Origin: an uncultured Candidatus Actinomarina sp. | GTDB lineage: Bacteria > Actinomycetota > Acidimicrobiia > Actinomarinales > Actinomarinaceae | Assembly (NCBI GenBank): GCA_902628045.1 | Contig: CACOLU010000001.1 | Coordinates: forward strand, 10,672 to 74,671 | DNA: 64,000 bases | Reading direction: 5' to 3' | Shown: positions 37,039-46,202 of the stretch, one piece after another | Layout: each line of letters opens with the position of its first letter | Numbering within the stretch: the first letter of the stretch is position 1 | The notes under the pieces: generated by a model | What the model was told of the DNA's origin: nothing | What the model saw: only the letters and a program-made list of their open reading frames with translations | Database searches by the model: none | Made by a program: the position numbers and the translations under genes

Positions 37039-38019
37039 GTGAAAATAAATTGGGACTCCGAAGTCTTAAGTACTGTATCAAAAGCTGTAGATCAACTTGA
37101 ACATCTCTCAATAAATAAAGATTCAATAGAATCTGTTGCTGATTGGCTCGCTTATGAGGAGTTTCCTTTTCCAAGTATTGTTGCTGCAAGAGATGATGCG
37201 GATGATTTTATTAGAGCAACAATGTTTATGAACACTTTAAATTTTGCTTTTACAGATTTTGATAAATCTATTAAATATGAAATAAACGAAGATGGAAAAA
37301 TTCTCTCTGACAGCGAAGCAATGTATTTTCAAGTAAACAATGCAATAAGTTCAGGGATTAAATTAACAGATGGAAATGAAATGGCAAGTATTTCATTGCA
37401 GCAGCTAAATAATATTTTTGTTGGAAATATTGAAATGCCTATGTTGAAAGAACGAGTTGAGATATTAAACGAAGTAGGGCAAAAACTTGTAGATAGTTAT
37501 GAAGGTGATTGGATAAATTTTATAAACAATGGGCCAAAAAAACTGTATTCAAATGGAGATGGACTAATAGAAAGATTAGTCGATGAATTTCCAAGATTTA
37601 ATGATTCAGCACAGTTTAAAGGGAGCAATGTTAAATTTTATAAATTAGCTCAACTAACATTTTGGGTAATTCATGCAGAACTCTCTGGATCCAATTATTT
37701 CAAAATAGAAGATATGAACTCCATGACAGCTTTTGCTGACTACATAATCCCAGTTGCTTTAAATTTAAAAAAAATTACTACTTACACTTCTCAATTAGAC
37801 CAAAAAATTAAAAGTGGAGTATTAATAGAGCGAGATTCTGATGAAGAAATTGAAATTAGGATAGCATCAATTTTCACAACAGCCCTTTTGACAGAAAGCA
37901 TAAACGAGAGGCGACCTGAGGACAAAGCAATCATAATACCTCAACTAGATTATCGATTATGGAAAAATTATCATGCCACACATTATCCACACCACTTGAC
38001 ATACACAACCATGTATTAA
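37039..38019 (+). CDS. qng1: queuosine 5'-phosphate N-glycosylase/hydrolase (Qng1, DUF2419)
   Basis: GTG start. Collinear blocks match human QNG1 as I remember it: NTLNFAF (DTLNFSF), MPMLKERVEILNEVG (MPLVEERHRILNETG), FYKLAQL (FYKRAQI), FADYIIP (FADYRLP), LDYRLW (LDYYLW). Confidence 0.8.
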   Translation: MKINWDSEVLSTVSKAVDQLEHLSINKDSIESVADWLAYEEFPFPSIVAARDDADDFIRATMFMNTLNFAFTDFDKSIKYEINEDGKILSDSEAMYFQVNNAISSGIKLTDGNEMASISLQQLNNIFVGNIEMPMLKERVEILNEVGQKLVDSYEGDWINFINNGPKKLYSNGDGLIERLVDEFPRFNDSAQFKGSNVKFYKLAQLTFWVIHAELSGSNYFKIEDMNSMTAFADYIIPVALNLKKITTYTSQLDQKIKSGVLIERDSDEEIEIRIASIFTTALLTESINERRPEDKAIIIPQLDYRLWKNYHATHYPHHLTYTTMY

Positions 38020-38020
38020 G

Positions 38021-38677
38021 ATGAAAAAACTAGCAATCCTTCTTTTGCTTTTATCTTTTTGTGGCGGAACTGCAGAAACTGACTTGGATTCCTTTGCCGA
38101 GGAAATGCTTGTTGCTAAAGATGTTATGTCTGAAGTACAACAAGAAAGCCAAAAGAAATACAAAGAATCATTACCTGAGAAAATAGATAACTGCCTTAAA
38201 TTAGCAGATGCTATTGAAGAAGTGTTTGACACTATACAAATTGAGGCATATGAAAGTGAAATATATAGAACATATTCTGGCTTAGATGCCACAAAGCTTG
38301 ACTATGTGTATGAGGCATTAAGAATTAATAAAATAGGAATGGATGGTTTAGAAAAAATTATTGCAGAATATGAAATCAATAATGATTACCTAGCTGGATT
38401 AATTGAGGGATTTTACAATAATTTTGAAGATTCAAGAGAAGCAAATCAAGCATTAGAAAATCACCTGATATCCATAGATAACCAGTGGACAATTCAAGAA
38501 GAAGTTGACTGGTGGGAAGAAAATCAACAATACAGCATTAAAAACTGGAGAGATTCAGAAGAATATCTGCAATTAATGTCAGATAAGTCGCAAAACACTT
38601 TAAACCCCGATCCAGATTTTGTGGTTAGCGACAGTTACCCAAAAAATGTATTACGAAAGCATTGTGATAGTTTATAA
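38021..38677 (+). CDS. helical lipoprotein, unknown function
   Basis: MKKLAILLLLLSFC lipobox. Starts 1 nt after the qng1 stop. Confidence 0.6.
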   Translation: MKKLAILLLLLSFCGGTAETDLDSFAEEMLVAKDVMSEVQQESQKKYKESLPEKIDNCLKLADAIEEVFDTIQIEAYESEIYRTYSGLDATKLDYVYEALRINKIGMDGLEKIIAEYEINNDYLAGLIEGFYNNFEDSREANQALENHLISIDNQWTIQEEVDWWEENQQYSIKNWRDSEEYLQLMSDKSQNTLNPDPDFVVSDSYPKNVLRKHCDSL

Positions 38678-38698
38678 AATATTTGATACTCTAGTTCT

Positions 38699-39667
38699 AT
38701 GACAAAACGAAAATTTTTTATTGATACAGATACCGCATCAGATGATGCTGTTGCATTATTGATGGCTCTTGAATATCCAGATGTAGAGGTAATAGGAGTG
38801 AGCATAGTTTCCGGAAACATGCCGGTTGAACAAGGAAGTATTAATGCTAGGTACACGATTGAGCTCTGTGAAAAAAACGTACCAGTATATGTTGGGAGTG
38901 ACAAACCAATGGTGAAAAAAAGAGAACACGCAGACTGGTTTCATGGACCGGATGGTATGGGAAATATGAACTATCCAGCTCCTAAACTTAATGAACACGA
39001 TTCTGATTACATGGAAGTTTTACAATCTTTAGTCGAACAGTATCCGAATGAGATAACCCTTGTAACTCTTGGGCCGTTAACTAATATTGGCTATTTTGTA
39101 AAAAAGTATCCAGAATCCTTCAATAAGATTAAAAACATAGTCATTATGGGTGGAGCGGCCACAACAGTTGGGAATGTCACACCTGCGGCTGAATACAATA
39201 TTTGGTGTGACCCTGAAGCTGCTGACATTGTATTTGAGTCTGGACACCCTGATATAACAATAGTTGGTTGGGAGCTTTGTCGAGGAGGTGCAAATTTAAC
39301 TGAAGATGAAATGGAATTTGTTTATAGTTTTGAGACAAAAAAAGGAGACTTCACAATAGATTGTAACAAACATGCTCTCGATTCAAGCCAGAATTGGTTG
39401 GGTGATCCAGGATTAGGATTACCAGACCCAGTAGCCATGGCAGTAGCTCTAAATGATGATGTTGTGTTAAAGCAAGATCGACATCATGTAAAAATTGTAG
39501 TGGATGGACCAGCTAGAGGTATGACAATTGTAGATGAGCTAAATGTTGGTGAAAGCGACCCTCATATAGATGAGTACTGGTCGCATACAACAAAAAATAT
39601 CAATGTTATTTGGGAAATTGACAATAACGAATGGAAAGAGACGCTCTACAAGACTTTAAAAAATTAG
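38699..39667 (+). CDS. ribonucleoside hydrolase (IunH/RihA family)
   Basis: N-terminal DTDTASDDAVAL (DXDXXXDD), plus NI..DP.AA and W motifs. Confidence 0.85.
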   Translation: MTKRKFFIDTDTASDDAVALLMALEYPDVEVIGVSIVSGNMPVEQGSINARYTIELCEKNVPVYVGSDKPMVKKREHADWFHGPDGMGNMNYPAPKLNEHDSDYMEVLQSLVEQYPNEITLVTLGPLTNIGYFVKKYPESFNKIKNIVIMGGAATTVGNVTPAAEYNIWCDPEAADIVFESGHPDITIVGWELCRGGANLTEDEMEFVYSFETKKGDFTIDCNKHALDSSQNWLGDPGLGLPDPVAMAVALNDDVVLKQDRHHVKIVVDGPARGMTIVDELNVGESDPHIDEYWSHTTKNINVIWEIDNNEWKETLYKTLKN

Positions 39668-40266
39668 TCTTCTTGCCAAGTTTTTTCTAGAAACCCTTTT
39701 CTTCCACTAGCTTGAGCGTACATTTTATAACGCATGCTTTGTTTTTTATAAAAATCTTGATGATACTCTTCAGCAATATAGAACTCTGGAGCAGCTGAAA
39801 TTGCAGTCACGATTGGTTTACTAAATTTTCCTGATTCATCTAGTTCAACTTTTGATTTCTCAGCTAAGTTCTTTTGTTCTTCGTCAACAGTAAAAATCTC
39901 AGTTCTGTATTGGGAACCAACATCTGCAAATTGATAATTTAATGCAGTTGGGTCTATGTTTCTCCAGAACACTTCTAACAATTCCTCATATGTTACTACT
40001 TCTGGGTCAAACAATATTTCTACAACTTCTGCATGACCTGTCTCCCCAGTCGTTACTTCTTCGTAAGTAGGATTTTCTACGGTACCACCCATATAACCAG
40101 AGGTAGCTCCAATAACTCCCTCAATAGCTTCAAATGGAGGTTCCATACACCAAAAACAACCACCAGCAAAATAAGCTTTTTGATATTTATCGTCCACTAT
40201 TTCTACACTTTCTATTGTTGTACATGAAACAAATAATAGTAATAATAAAACTTTTACTGTTTTCAT
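39664..40266 (-). CDS. msrA: peptide-methionine (S)-S-oxide reductase MsrA with lipoprotein signal peptide
   Basis: GGCFWCME catalytic motif, preceded by MKTVKVLLLLLFVSC lipobox. Confidence 0.9.
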   Translation of the reverse strand: MKTVKVLLLLLFVSCTTIESVEIVDDKYQKAYFAGGCFWCMEPPFEAIEGVIGATSGYMGGTVENPTYEEVTTGETGHAEVVEILFDPEVVTYEELLEVFWRNIDPTALNYQFADVGSQYRTEIFTVDEEQKNLAEKSKVELDESGKFSKPIVTAISAAPEFYIAEEYHQDFYKKQSMRYKMYAQASGRKGFLEKTWQED

Positions 40267-40328
40267 ATTTTAAATATTAAACGACGATGAAAAGATTAAT
40301 AAATTTTATCAACAAATTATATTATTTT

Positions 40329-40994
40329 TTAAAATTGACCTTCTAAAGTCCATTCAAGTTTTGGTCTAATTAAATATATTGCTGGCAAACTAACTAATGA
40401 GCTTATTAGTTTTATGCCAACCATAGATGCAAATATTGACCATACAACACTAATTGGTATTAACCCATAAAAGGCTATAAAAGAAAATACTAGTGAATCA
40501 ATAGGGGACGAAATAGCATTTGAGGACAAAACTCTTCCCCATTGATACTTATATTTAAATTTATTTACCCATCTTTGGTACACATAAGTATCTATTAACT
40601 CTGCAATTAACATAGCAATAATTGATGCAGTCACAATTCTCCATTGAGGCCCTAAAACTGTTGACCATTCTGTTTGTGGGCCAACCTCCATATCAGCAGG
40701 AGCTGTTGAGACCCACCAAAAATATACAACCATTAAAATATTTACTCCGGCTCCAGTAAAAATAGTAGCTCGTGCCGTTTTTGTTCCACCCACCTTGTGA
40801 ATGAGGTCTCTTAAAGTAAACGTAAGAGGGTAAATTAATGTACCAGCATCTATAGAAAATCCTGCAAAAATCACAATTCTAAGTGATGCGATATTTGCTA
40901 TTAAAGTACAAGCAAGATATAAACCAACAACAAAAACAAGCACACCCAACCATGCACTTGAATCTTTACTTGAGATAATATTGTCTTTATTCAC
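40329..40994 (-). CDS. yhhQ: queuosine-precursor transporter (YhhQ/DUF165, VUT family)
   Basis: YPLTFTLRDLIHKVGG and polytopic TM pattern. I prefer the GTG at 40994, preceded by GAGGAG, over the ATG at 41048. Confidence 0.75.
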   Translation of the reverse strand: MNKDNIISSKDSSAWLGVLVFVVGLYLACTLIANIASLRIVIFAGFSIDAGTLIYPLTFTLRDLIHKVGGTKTARATIFTGAGVNILMVVYFWWVSTAPADMEVGPQTEWSTVLGPQWRIVTASIIAMLIAELIDTYVYQRWVNKFKYKYQWGRVLSSNAISSPIDSLVFSFIAFYGLIPISVVWSIFASMVGIKLISSLVSLPAIYLIRPKLEWTLEGQF

Positions 40995-41140
40995 TACTTC
41001 TCCTCGTATCAATTGGTTTAATTTAAGTAAACATATATTACACTTCATATGAAATTTGAAAAAATTAAAAAAGCTTTTTAAAAAAATTTTTAAGTTTTAT
41101 AATTAAATTAATCCTTCGACTTTTAAAGCGGAGAGAGGAA

Positions 41141-42004
41141 ATGAAAAAAACAGTACCTTACATTACTAATTTAAAAAATAACCGTGTTATTTCTATGATG
41201 ACGGCGTATGATTACCCATCAGCAAAAGCTGTTTCTGAAGCTGAAATAGATATAATTTTGGTTGGTGACTCCTTAGCACAAGTTGTACTTGGTCACGATG
41301 ATACACTATCAGTTACCGTAGATGAAATGTTGCATCATGTTAAAGCTGTAACTAACGCAAAACCTTCAAGCTTAGTTGTTGCTGACATGCCTTATATGTC
41401 TTATCACATCAGTAAAGAAGATACGATAAAGAATGCTGGAAGATTTATTCAAGAAGGAAAAGCTGATGCTGTAAAAATTGAAGGCGGTAAAAAAAGAGAA
41501 GAAACAATTCAAGCCTTGTTGGAAGCAGAGATACCTGTTATGGGTCATCTTGGTTTGACTCCACAGTCAAAGAATCTTATGGGTGGATATAAAGTTCAAG
41601 GTAAAACTTTAGAGTTAGCTAGGCAATTATTTGAAGACGCCTTACTTCTTCAAGAGATTGGTTGTTTTTCAATGGTTTTAGAAGGAGTTCCAACGGTTGT
41701 TGCACAGTCAATTTCTGAGAATATCAATATCCCTACTATTGGTATAGGTGCTGGAAACTTAACAGATGGTCAAGTTCTTGTTTTACATGATTTACTAGGA
41801 ATGAAGTCAAAAGAATACATTGATGCAAAATTCGTTAAGAGATACGATCAGCAATACGAGACTACTTTAAAAGCATTAAAAACATATAAAGACGAAATAG
41901 AAAAAAGAGATTTTCCAACCGATGATTACTCATATGACATGGGTAATGACATAAATGACTCTCTTAAAGAGTGGAAAAAAGAAATTAAAAAAATTCTGTC
42001 ATAG
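41141..42004 (+). CDS. panB: 3-methyl-2-oxobutanoate hydroxymethyltransferase
   Basis: MTAYDY, LVGDSL..V..G, KIEGG, GHLGLTPQ and GIGAG motifs. Confidence 0.9.
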   Translation: MKKTVPYITNLKNNRVISMMTAYDYPSAKAVSEAEIDIILVGDSLAQVVLGHDDTLSVTVDEMLHHVKAVTNAKPSSLVVADMPYMSYHISKEDTIKNAGRFIQEGKADAVKIEGGKKREETIQALLEAEIPVMGHLGLTPQSKNLMGGYKVQGKTLELARQLFEDALLLQEIGCFSMVLEGVPTVVAQSISENINIPTIGIGAGNLTDGQVLVLHDLLGMKSKEYIDAKFVKRYDQQYETTLKALKTYKDEIEKRDFPTDDYSYDMGNDINDSLKEWKKEIKKILS

Positions 42005-42035
42005 TCTATTTCTAGTATTAAATTAATAGGTACCT

Positions 42036-42049
42036 GCTTCGAAAGAAGC
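42036..42049 (+). promoter_or_regulatory. GNRA-capped hairpin in the rpsF 5' leader
   Basis: GCUUC-GAAA-GAAGC lies 27 nt upstream of the rpsF ATG. No U-tract follows, so it is not a terminator. Confidence 0.3.
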
Positions 42050-42075
42050 CACGTAGTAGTGTCCATAGGAGAAAA

Positions 42076-42363
42076 ATGAATAAATATGATTTAGTCTCAA
42101 TAGTGAGACCAACAGCAGACGATACAGTCGTCGAAACAGTACACAAATCCATAACAGATGTTATTTCTAGTGGTGGAGGAAATGTCTCAGAACAAGGTGT
42201 ATGGCAAAAAAGAAAGCTTGCCTACGAAATAGATACTTTCAAAGAAGGCATCTATACAATCACAACTTTTGAAAGCCCTTCAGAAGTTCCTGCGGAACTC
42301 GATAGAGTGCTAAAAATATCTGATGATGTCATTAGACACAAAGTCTTAAAGATGGAAAGCTAG
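42076..42363 (+). CDS. rpsF: 30S ribosomal protein S6
   Basis: YDLVSIVRP...W.KRKLAYEI...G.Y. Confidence 0.9.
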   Translation: MNKYDLVSIVRPTADDTVVETVHKSITDVISSGGGNVSEQGVWQKRKLAYEIDTFKEGIYTITTFESPSEVPAELDRVLKISDDVIRHKVLKMES

Positions 42364-42375
42364 AGGTAGATAAAA

Positions 42376-42801
42376 ATGGTAGACAATACAGTAACAATAG
42401 TTGGAAACTTAACTGCTGATCCAGAAATCAGAGTGACCGATGGTGGTGCAACATTAGCAGAAATAAGGATTGCACAAAATAAAAATAAAAGAACTGCGGA
42501 TGGATCATGGGAACCAGGAGATCCAATGTTTTTTCAAGGGACTGTTTGGAATGACATGGCAGAAAATGCTGCAGCTTCTCTTCAAAAAGGCATGAGAGTC
42601 ATTGTGGTAGGTAAATTGAACTACAGATCTTGGGAAACACAAGATGGACAAAATAGGTCAGTAGTAGATATCTCAATTGATGAAATTGCACCAAGCTTAA
42701 GATGGGCCAAAGCAAGTGTCGAAAGAGCCTCTGGTGGAATGCCTTCTAGCCAAGAGCCTGTAGCTAGAGAAAATTATGAAGAAGACGAAGCACCGTTTTA
42801 G
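42376..42801 (+). CDS. ssb: single-stranded DNA-binding protein
   Basis: N.V.IVGNLT.DPE OB fold; acidic C-terminal tip EEDEAPF. Confidence 0.9.
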   Translation: MVDNTVTIVGNLTADPEIRVTDGGATLAEIRIAQNKNKRTADGSWEPGDPMFFQGTVWNDMAENAAASLQKGMRVIVVGKLNYRSWETQDGQNRSVVDISIDEIAPSLRWAKASVERASGGMPSSQEPVARENYEEDEAPF

Positions 42802-42813
42802 GGAGATTTAAAA

Positions 42814-43095
42814 ATGGCAAATACAAAAAGAAATACTGGTAGAAGATCTTCAAAATACGAAGCTCCTAAACCAAGAAGAATTACAAAAAAACAGATCGAA
42901 AATGCAACCTACAAAGATGTAAAACTTTTAGAAAAGTTTATTTCTGATCGTGGAAAAATTAGATCCAGCTTAATTACTGGTATTACAAAACAAGAACAGG
43001 CAAAGGTAGCTAGATTAATAAAAGTTGCAAGAGAGCTAGCTCTTTTACCTTATGTAACAACAAGTTCATACAAGCAAAGCTACAACAGAAGATGA
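42814..43095 (+). CDS. rpsR: 30S ribosomal protein S18
   Basis: YKDV.LL.KFIS.RGKI......GIT...Q......IK.AR..ALLPY. Confidence 0.9.
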   Translation: MANTKRNTGRRSSKYEAPKPRRITKKQIENATYKDVKLLEKFISDRGKIRSSLITGITKQEQAKVARLIKVARELALLPYVTTSSYKQSYNRR

Positions 43096-43544
43096 AGTTA
43101 ATCTTAAACTCAGATGTTCAGTCATTAGGACGAAAAGGTGATGTTGTTGATGTTGCAAAAGGGTATGCAAGGAACTATCTTTTGCCTAAAAAATTAGCAA
43201 TAGTTGCAACAGCAAACAATCTTGAGTTCGCCCAAAAACTACAAGAGAAAAGACAAGAACAAGCTCAAATCAATTCCGAACTTGCAGAGTCGATTAAGAC
43301 AGCACTCGCTGATGCACATATTGTAATTTCTCAAACATCTACAGATGAAGGAACTTTATATGCAGCAATCAGCAACGACCAGATTGCTCAAGCAGTTGAG
43401 ACATTTTCAGGATATAAACTAGAAGAAAACCAAATCAATGTCGAAAATCAGGTAAAAGAAATTGGCTTACACACTGTAAAAGTAGTTTTAGGACCTGATA
43501 CAAGCTTCGATATTACTTTAGAGATAGTTCCAGATACAAAATAA
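43092..43544 (+). CDS. rplI: 50S ribosomal protein L9
   Basis: MKLIL...V..LG.KGDVV.VA.GYARNYL.P. Confidence 0.9.
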   Translation: MKLILNSDVQSLGRKGDVVDVAKGYARNYLLPKKLAIVATANNLEFAQKLQEKRQEQAQINSELAESIKTALADAHIVISQTSTDEGTLYAAISNDQIAQAVETFSGYKLEENQINVENQVKEIGLHTVKVVLGPDTSFDITLEIVPDTK

Positions 43545-44902
43545 TGGTTGGTCCTGAGGCACTTTCATCCAGAGATAACCAAACTTTAGGTAAGGTTCCT
43601 CCACATAGTTTAGAAGCAGAAGAAGCTCTTCTAGGTAGCGCATTGCTATCAAGAGATGCTGTAACAAGGCTTATGGAAGAAGTAAAGCCAGCAGATTTTT
43701 ATAGTCCTTCAAATCAAAGTGTATATGAAGCAATGAAAGGACTTTTTGATACAGGTAATCCCATAGACACTGTAACTGTATCTGAACTAATTTTTAAAGA
43801 TACAAAAAACTCATCTGTAAACGCTTCTTATATTGCAAGGCTTGTTGAAAATGTTCCTAGTTCTGCAAATTTTGAGAGATATATTGAGATTGTTTTAGAA
43901 CACTCGCACAGAAGAAAACTTTTAAAAGCTAGCGGAAGAATTGAGCTACTTGCCATGGCTATGGATAAAGAAATTCACAGTGTTTTAGATGAAGCAGAAC
44001 AAACAATATTTACAGCCTCTGATGATGCAATTGGTGATGGATTAGTTGGAGTAAATGATGTTCTTGAATCTGCAATAGAGAGAATTGAAGAAATTGAAAA
44101 TAGGGGTACTGGATTGTCAGGGCTTCCAACTTATTTTTCAGATTTAGATTATTACCTTTCAGGCCTACAAGAAGGAAACTTAGCGGTTCTTGCTTCAAGG
44201 CCAAGTATGGGTAAATCTTCATTAGCTTTAAATATTGCAACTAATGCAGCAAAAGATGGAAAGATAGCAGCATTTTTCTCTCTTGAAATGACAAAAGAGG
44301 AGTTAGTTCAAAGAGTCTTATTTTCTGAAGCAAAAGTTACTTCTGGAGATGCAAGAAAAGGTCAATTAGGACCAGAAAAATGGTCAAGAGTTGTAGAGGC
44401 AGCTTCGAAAGTTAATAGCCTTCCTTTGTATTTTGATGATGCTCCTGTGATTACAGTTACAGATATACGCGCAAAATCAAGAAGGTTAAAGTCCTCCAAA
44501 GGTCTAGATTTAATACTTGTTGACTACCTACAGCTAATGCAAAGTTCTTCAGGTGATAATAGACAGCAGGAAATTGCTGAAATAAGTAGAAATTTAAAAA
44601 ATTTAGCAAGAGAACTTAAAGTTCCGATATTTGCTCTTTCACAATTAAACAGAGCTGCAGAGGCTAGGGAAGACAAAAGACCTCGTTTGGGAGATTTAAG
44701 AGAATCCGGAGCAATTGAACAAGATGCAGACATAGTTATGATGCTTTATAGAGATGACTATTATAATCCTGGCACCGAGAGACCAGGTGTTGCGGAAGTA
44801 AATATTGTAAAAAACAGATCTGGACAAACTGGAAAAGTAGATCTTTTCTTTAGTAAAGAATATACACAATTTAGTAATTACGCTAAACAAGACCAACAAT
44901 AA
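43544..44902 (+). CDS. dnaB: replicative DNA helicase
   Basis: PPHSLEAEEALLGS, Walker A SRPSMGKSS, LILVDYLQLM and SQLNR motifs. 452 aa, no intein-sized insertion. Confidence 0.95.
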   Translation: MVGPEALSSRDNQTLGKVPPHSLEAEEALLGSALLSRDAVTRLMEEVKPADFYSPSNQSVYEAMKGLFDTGNPIDTVTVSELIFKDTKNSSVNASYIARLVENVPSSANFERYIEIVLEHSHRRKLLKASGRIELLAMAMDKEIHSVLDEAEQTIFTASDDAIGDGLVGVNDVLESAIERIEEIENRGTGLSGLPTYFSDLDYYLSGLQEGNLAVLASRPSMGKSSLALNIATNAAKDGKIAAFFSLEMTKEELVQRVLFSEAKVTSGDARKGQLGPEKWSRVVEAASKVNSLPLYFDDAPVITVTDIRAKSRRLKSSKGLDLILVDYLQLMQSSSGDNRQQEIAEISRNLKNLARELKVPIFALSQLNRAAEAREDKRPRLGDLRESGAIEQDADIVMMLYRDDYYNPGTERPGVAEVNIVKNRSGQTGKVDLFFSKEYTQFSNYAKQDQQ

Positions 44903-44904
44903 GT

Positions 44905-45759
44905 TTGAATAAAAAACTTAGGGCTTATCTCCTTATTAGCTTATTAGCAATTTGCTGGGGATCTATTCCCTTAATAATTAGAACATCTGATGTTAGCTCT
45001 ATGTCTTTGGTAGGAATAAGAACTTTTCTTGGGACTATTTTCCTGTTAATTTTTGTTCTTAAGAAAAAGCAGATTACAAAAGATTTATTTTATTCTGGAA
45101 TTTTTTTAGGCCCTTTACTAGCCATACATTGGTCAACAATGTTCAAATCTATAGAGTTGAATACAGTAGCTGTTGGAATTGGATTAGTTTTCTCATATCC
45201 AATATTTATTTTGATAATTGAATTCTTTCGAGGAAAAAATATCAAACTACTACAAGTGGCACTAATATTTACTGGTTTTTTTGGCTTATATCTTCTTTTA
45301 GATTTCTCTACAATCTCATCAGCTTCAGGAGTAGTTTATGGACTAGTTAGTGCGATTTCTTTGGCGATCTTAATAATTTATGGATCTTCAAAATCAGTCC
45401 AATTTGGAGGGTTAAATGTTGCATTTGTACAGGTCTTTTTTGCAGCAATAATTTTATCTCCATTTACGTATGAAGGGTTTTCTTGGATGATAGATAATTT
45501 ATTAGTTAGCGTGTTCCTTGGATTTTTTTTGACAGGGGTTGGATTAACAACTTATTGGTATGTAATTAAATTTATACCACCTGTATCTATTGGAACAATA
45601 ACTTATCTTGAACCTGTAACAGGAGTAATTATTGGAGCAATGATTTTAAATGAATCGTTAAGAATATCTCAGTATGTTGGTTTTGTTATTGTGATACTTA
45701 TTGGAATTACTCAAGTTATTTTCGATACTAAGAATCAAGTTCAATCTCCTGAAAATTAG
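44905..45759 (+). CDS. EamA/DMT-family transporter
   Basis: TTG start; 284 aa, 10 TM in two repeats. Confidence 0.7.
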   Translation: MNKKLRAYLLISLLAICWGSIPLIIRTSDVSSMSLVGIRTFLGTIFLLIFVLKKKQITKDLFYSGIFLGPLLAIHWSTMFKSIELNTVAVGIGLVFSYPIFILIIEFFRGKNIKLLQVALIFTGFFGLYLLLDFSTISSASGVVYGLVSAISLAILIIYGSSKSVQFGGLNVAFVQVFFAAIILSPFTYEGFSWMIDNLLVSVFLGFFLTGVGLTTYWYVIKFIPPVSIGTITYLEPVTGVIIGAMILNESLRISQYVGFVIVILIGITQVIFDTKNQVQSPEN

Positions 45760-46132
45760 AATTTTCTAAAAATAAACTGAGTTCAAATTGTAGACCAGAA
45801 TCTTTTAAATAGTTTTTTAGATATTCAGACTGAACAAAAATTGGAAAAGAAATTTTTCTAAAATTTTCACGACTTAAGTGGTCTATGATTTTATTGTCTT
45901 CTAATTCTTTTAATGCACTAGATACTTTTTCAAAACTGATTACAACTTTATTATCTTTGAGAAGTTCAATCACGTTTGAATAAAAAGGGTTAGCGCTTTT
46001 AACTTCATTGGTTGAAATCAGTGAATAATCTGCTTTGAGATGATCTAAATTCTCTTGGTTTAATTGCAAAAAGGTTTCATTTTTCTTGATAGACAATTTG
46101 TTGTCTTCGAGCAATAAAAAATTATATTCCAT
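45728..46132 (-). CDS. hypothetical cytoplasmic protein
   Basis: 134-aa ORF with no motif. Its 3' end overlaps the EamA gene by 32 nt. Confidence 0.45.
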   Translation of the reverse strand: MEYNFLLLEDNKLSIKKNETFLQLNQENLDHLKADYSLISTNEVKSANPFYSNVIELLKDNKVVISFEKVSSALKELEDNKIIDHLSRENFRKISFPIFVQSEYLKNYLKDSGLQFELSLFLENSNFQEIELDS

Positions 46133-46142
46133 ATTTTGAACA

Positions 46143-46189
46143 TTAATTAATTAATAAAATTACAACTATTGCAATAATTAATTAATTAA
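46143..46189. repeat. two copies of the palindromic 12-mer TTAATTAATTAA
   Basis: Copies at 46143-46154 and 46178-46189, in the divergent intergenic region upstream of ptsI. Confidence 0.6.
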
Positions 46190-46202
46190 CTAACTTTATT
46201 CT

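Noticed and set aside
40995-41140. Possible preQ1 riboswitch in the yhhQ leader; yhhQ is often preQ1-regulated.
   Set aside because: On the minus strand I find only a weak AU hairpin (GUUUA-CUUAAAU-UAAAC). There is no A-rich ...AAAAAACUA tail and none of the conserved loop nucleotides of preQ1-I. Not supportable without a covariance-model search.
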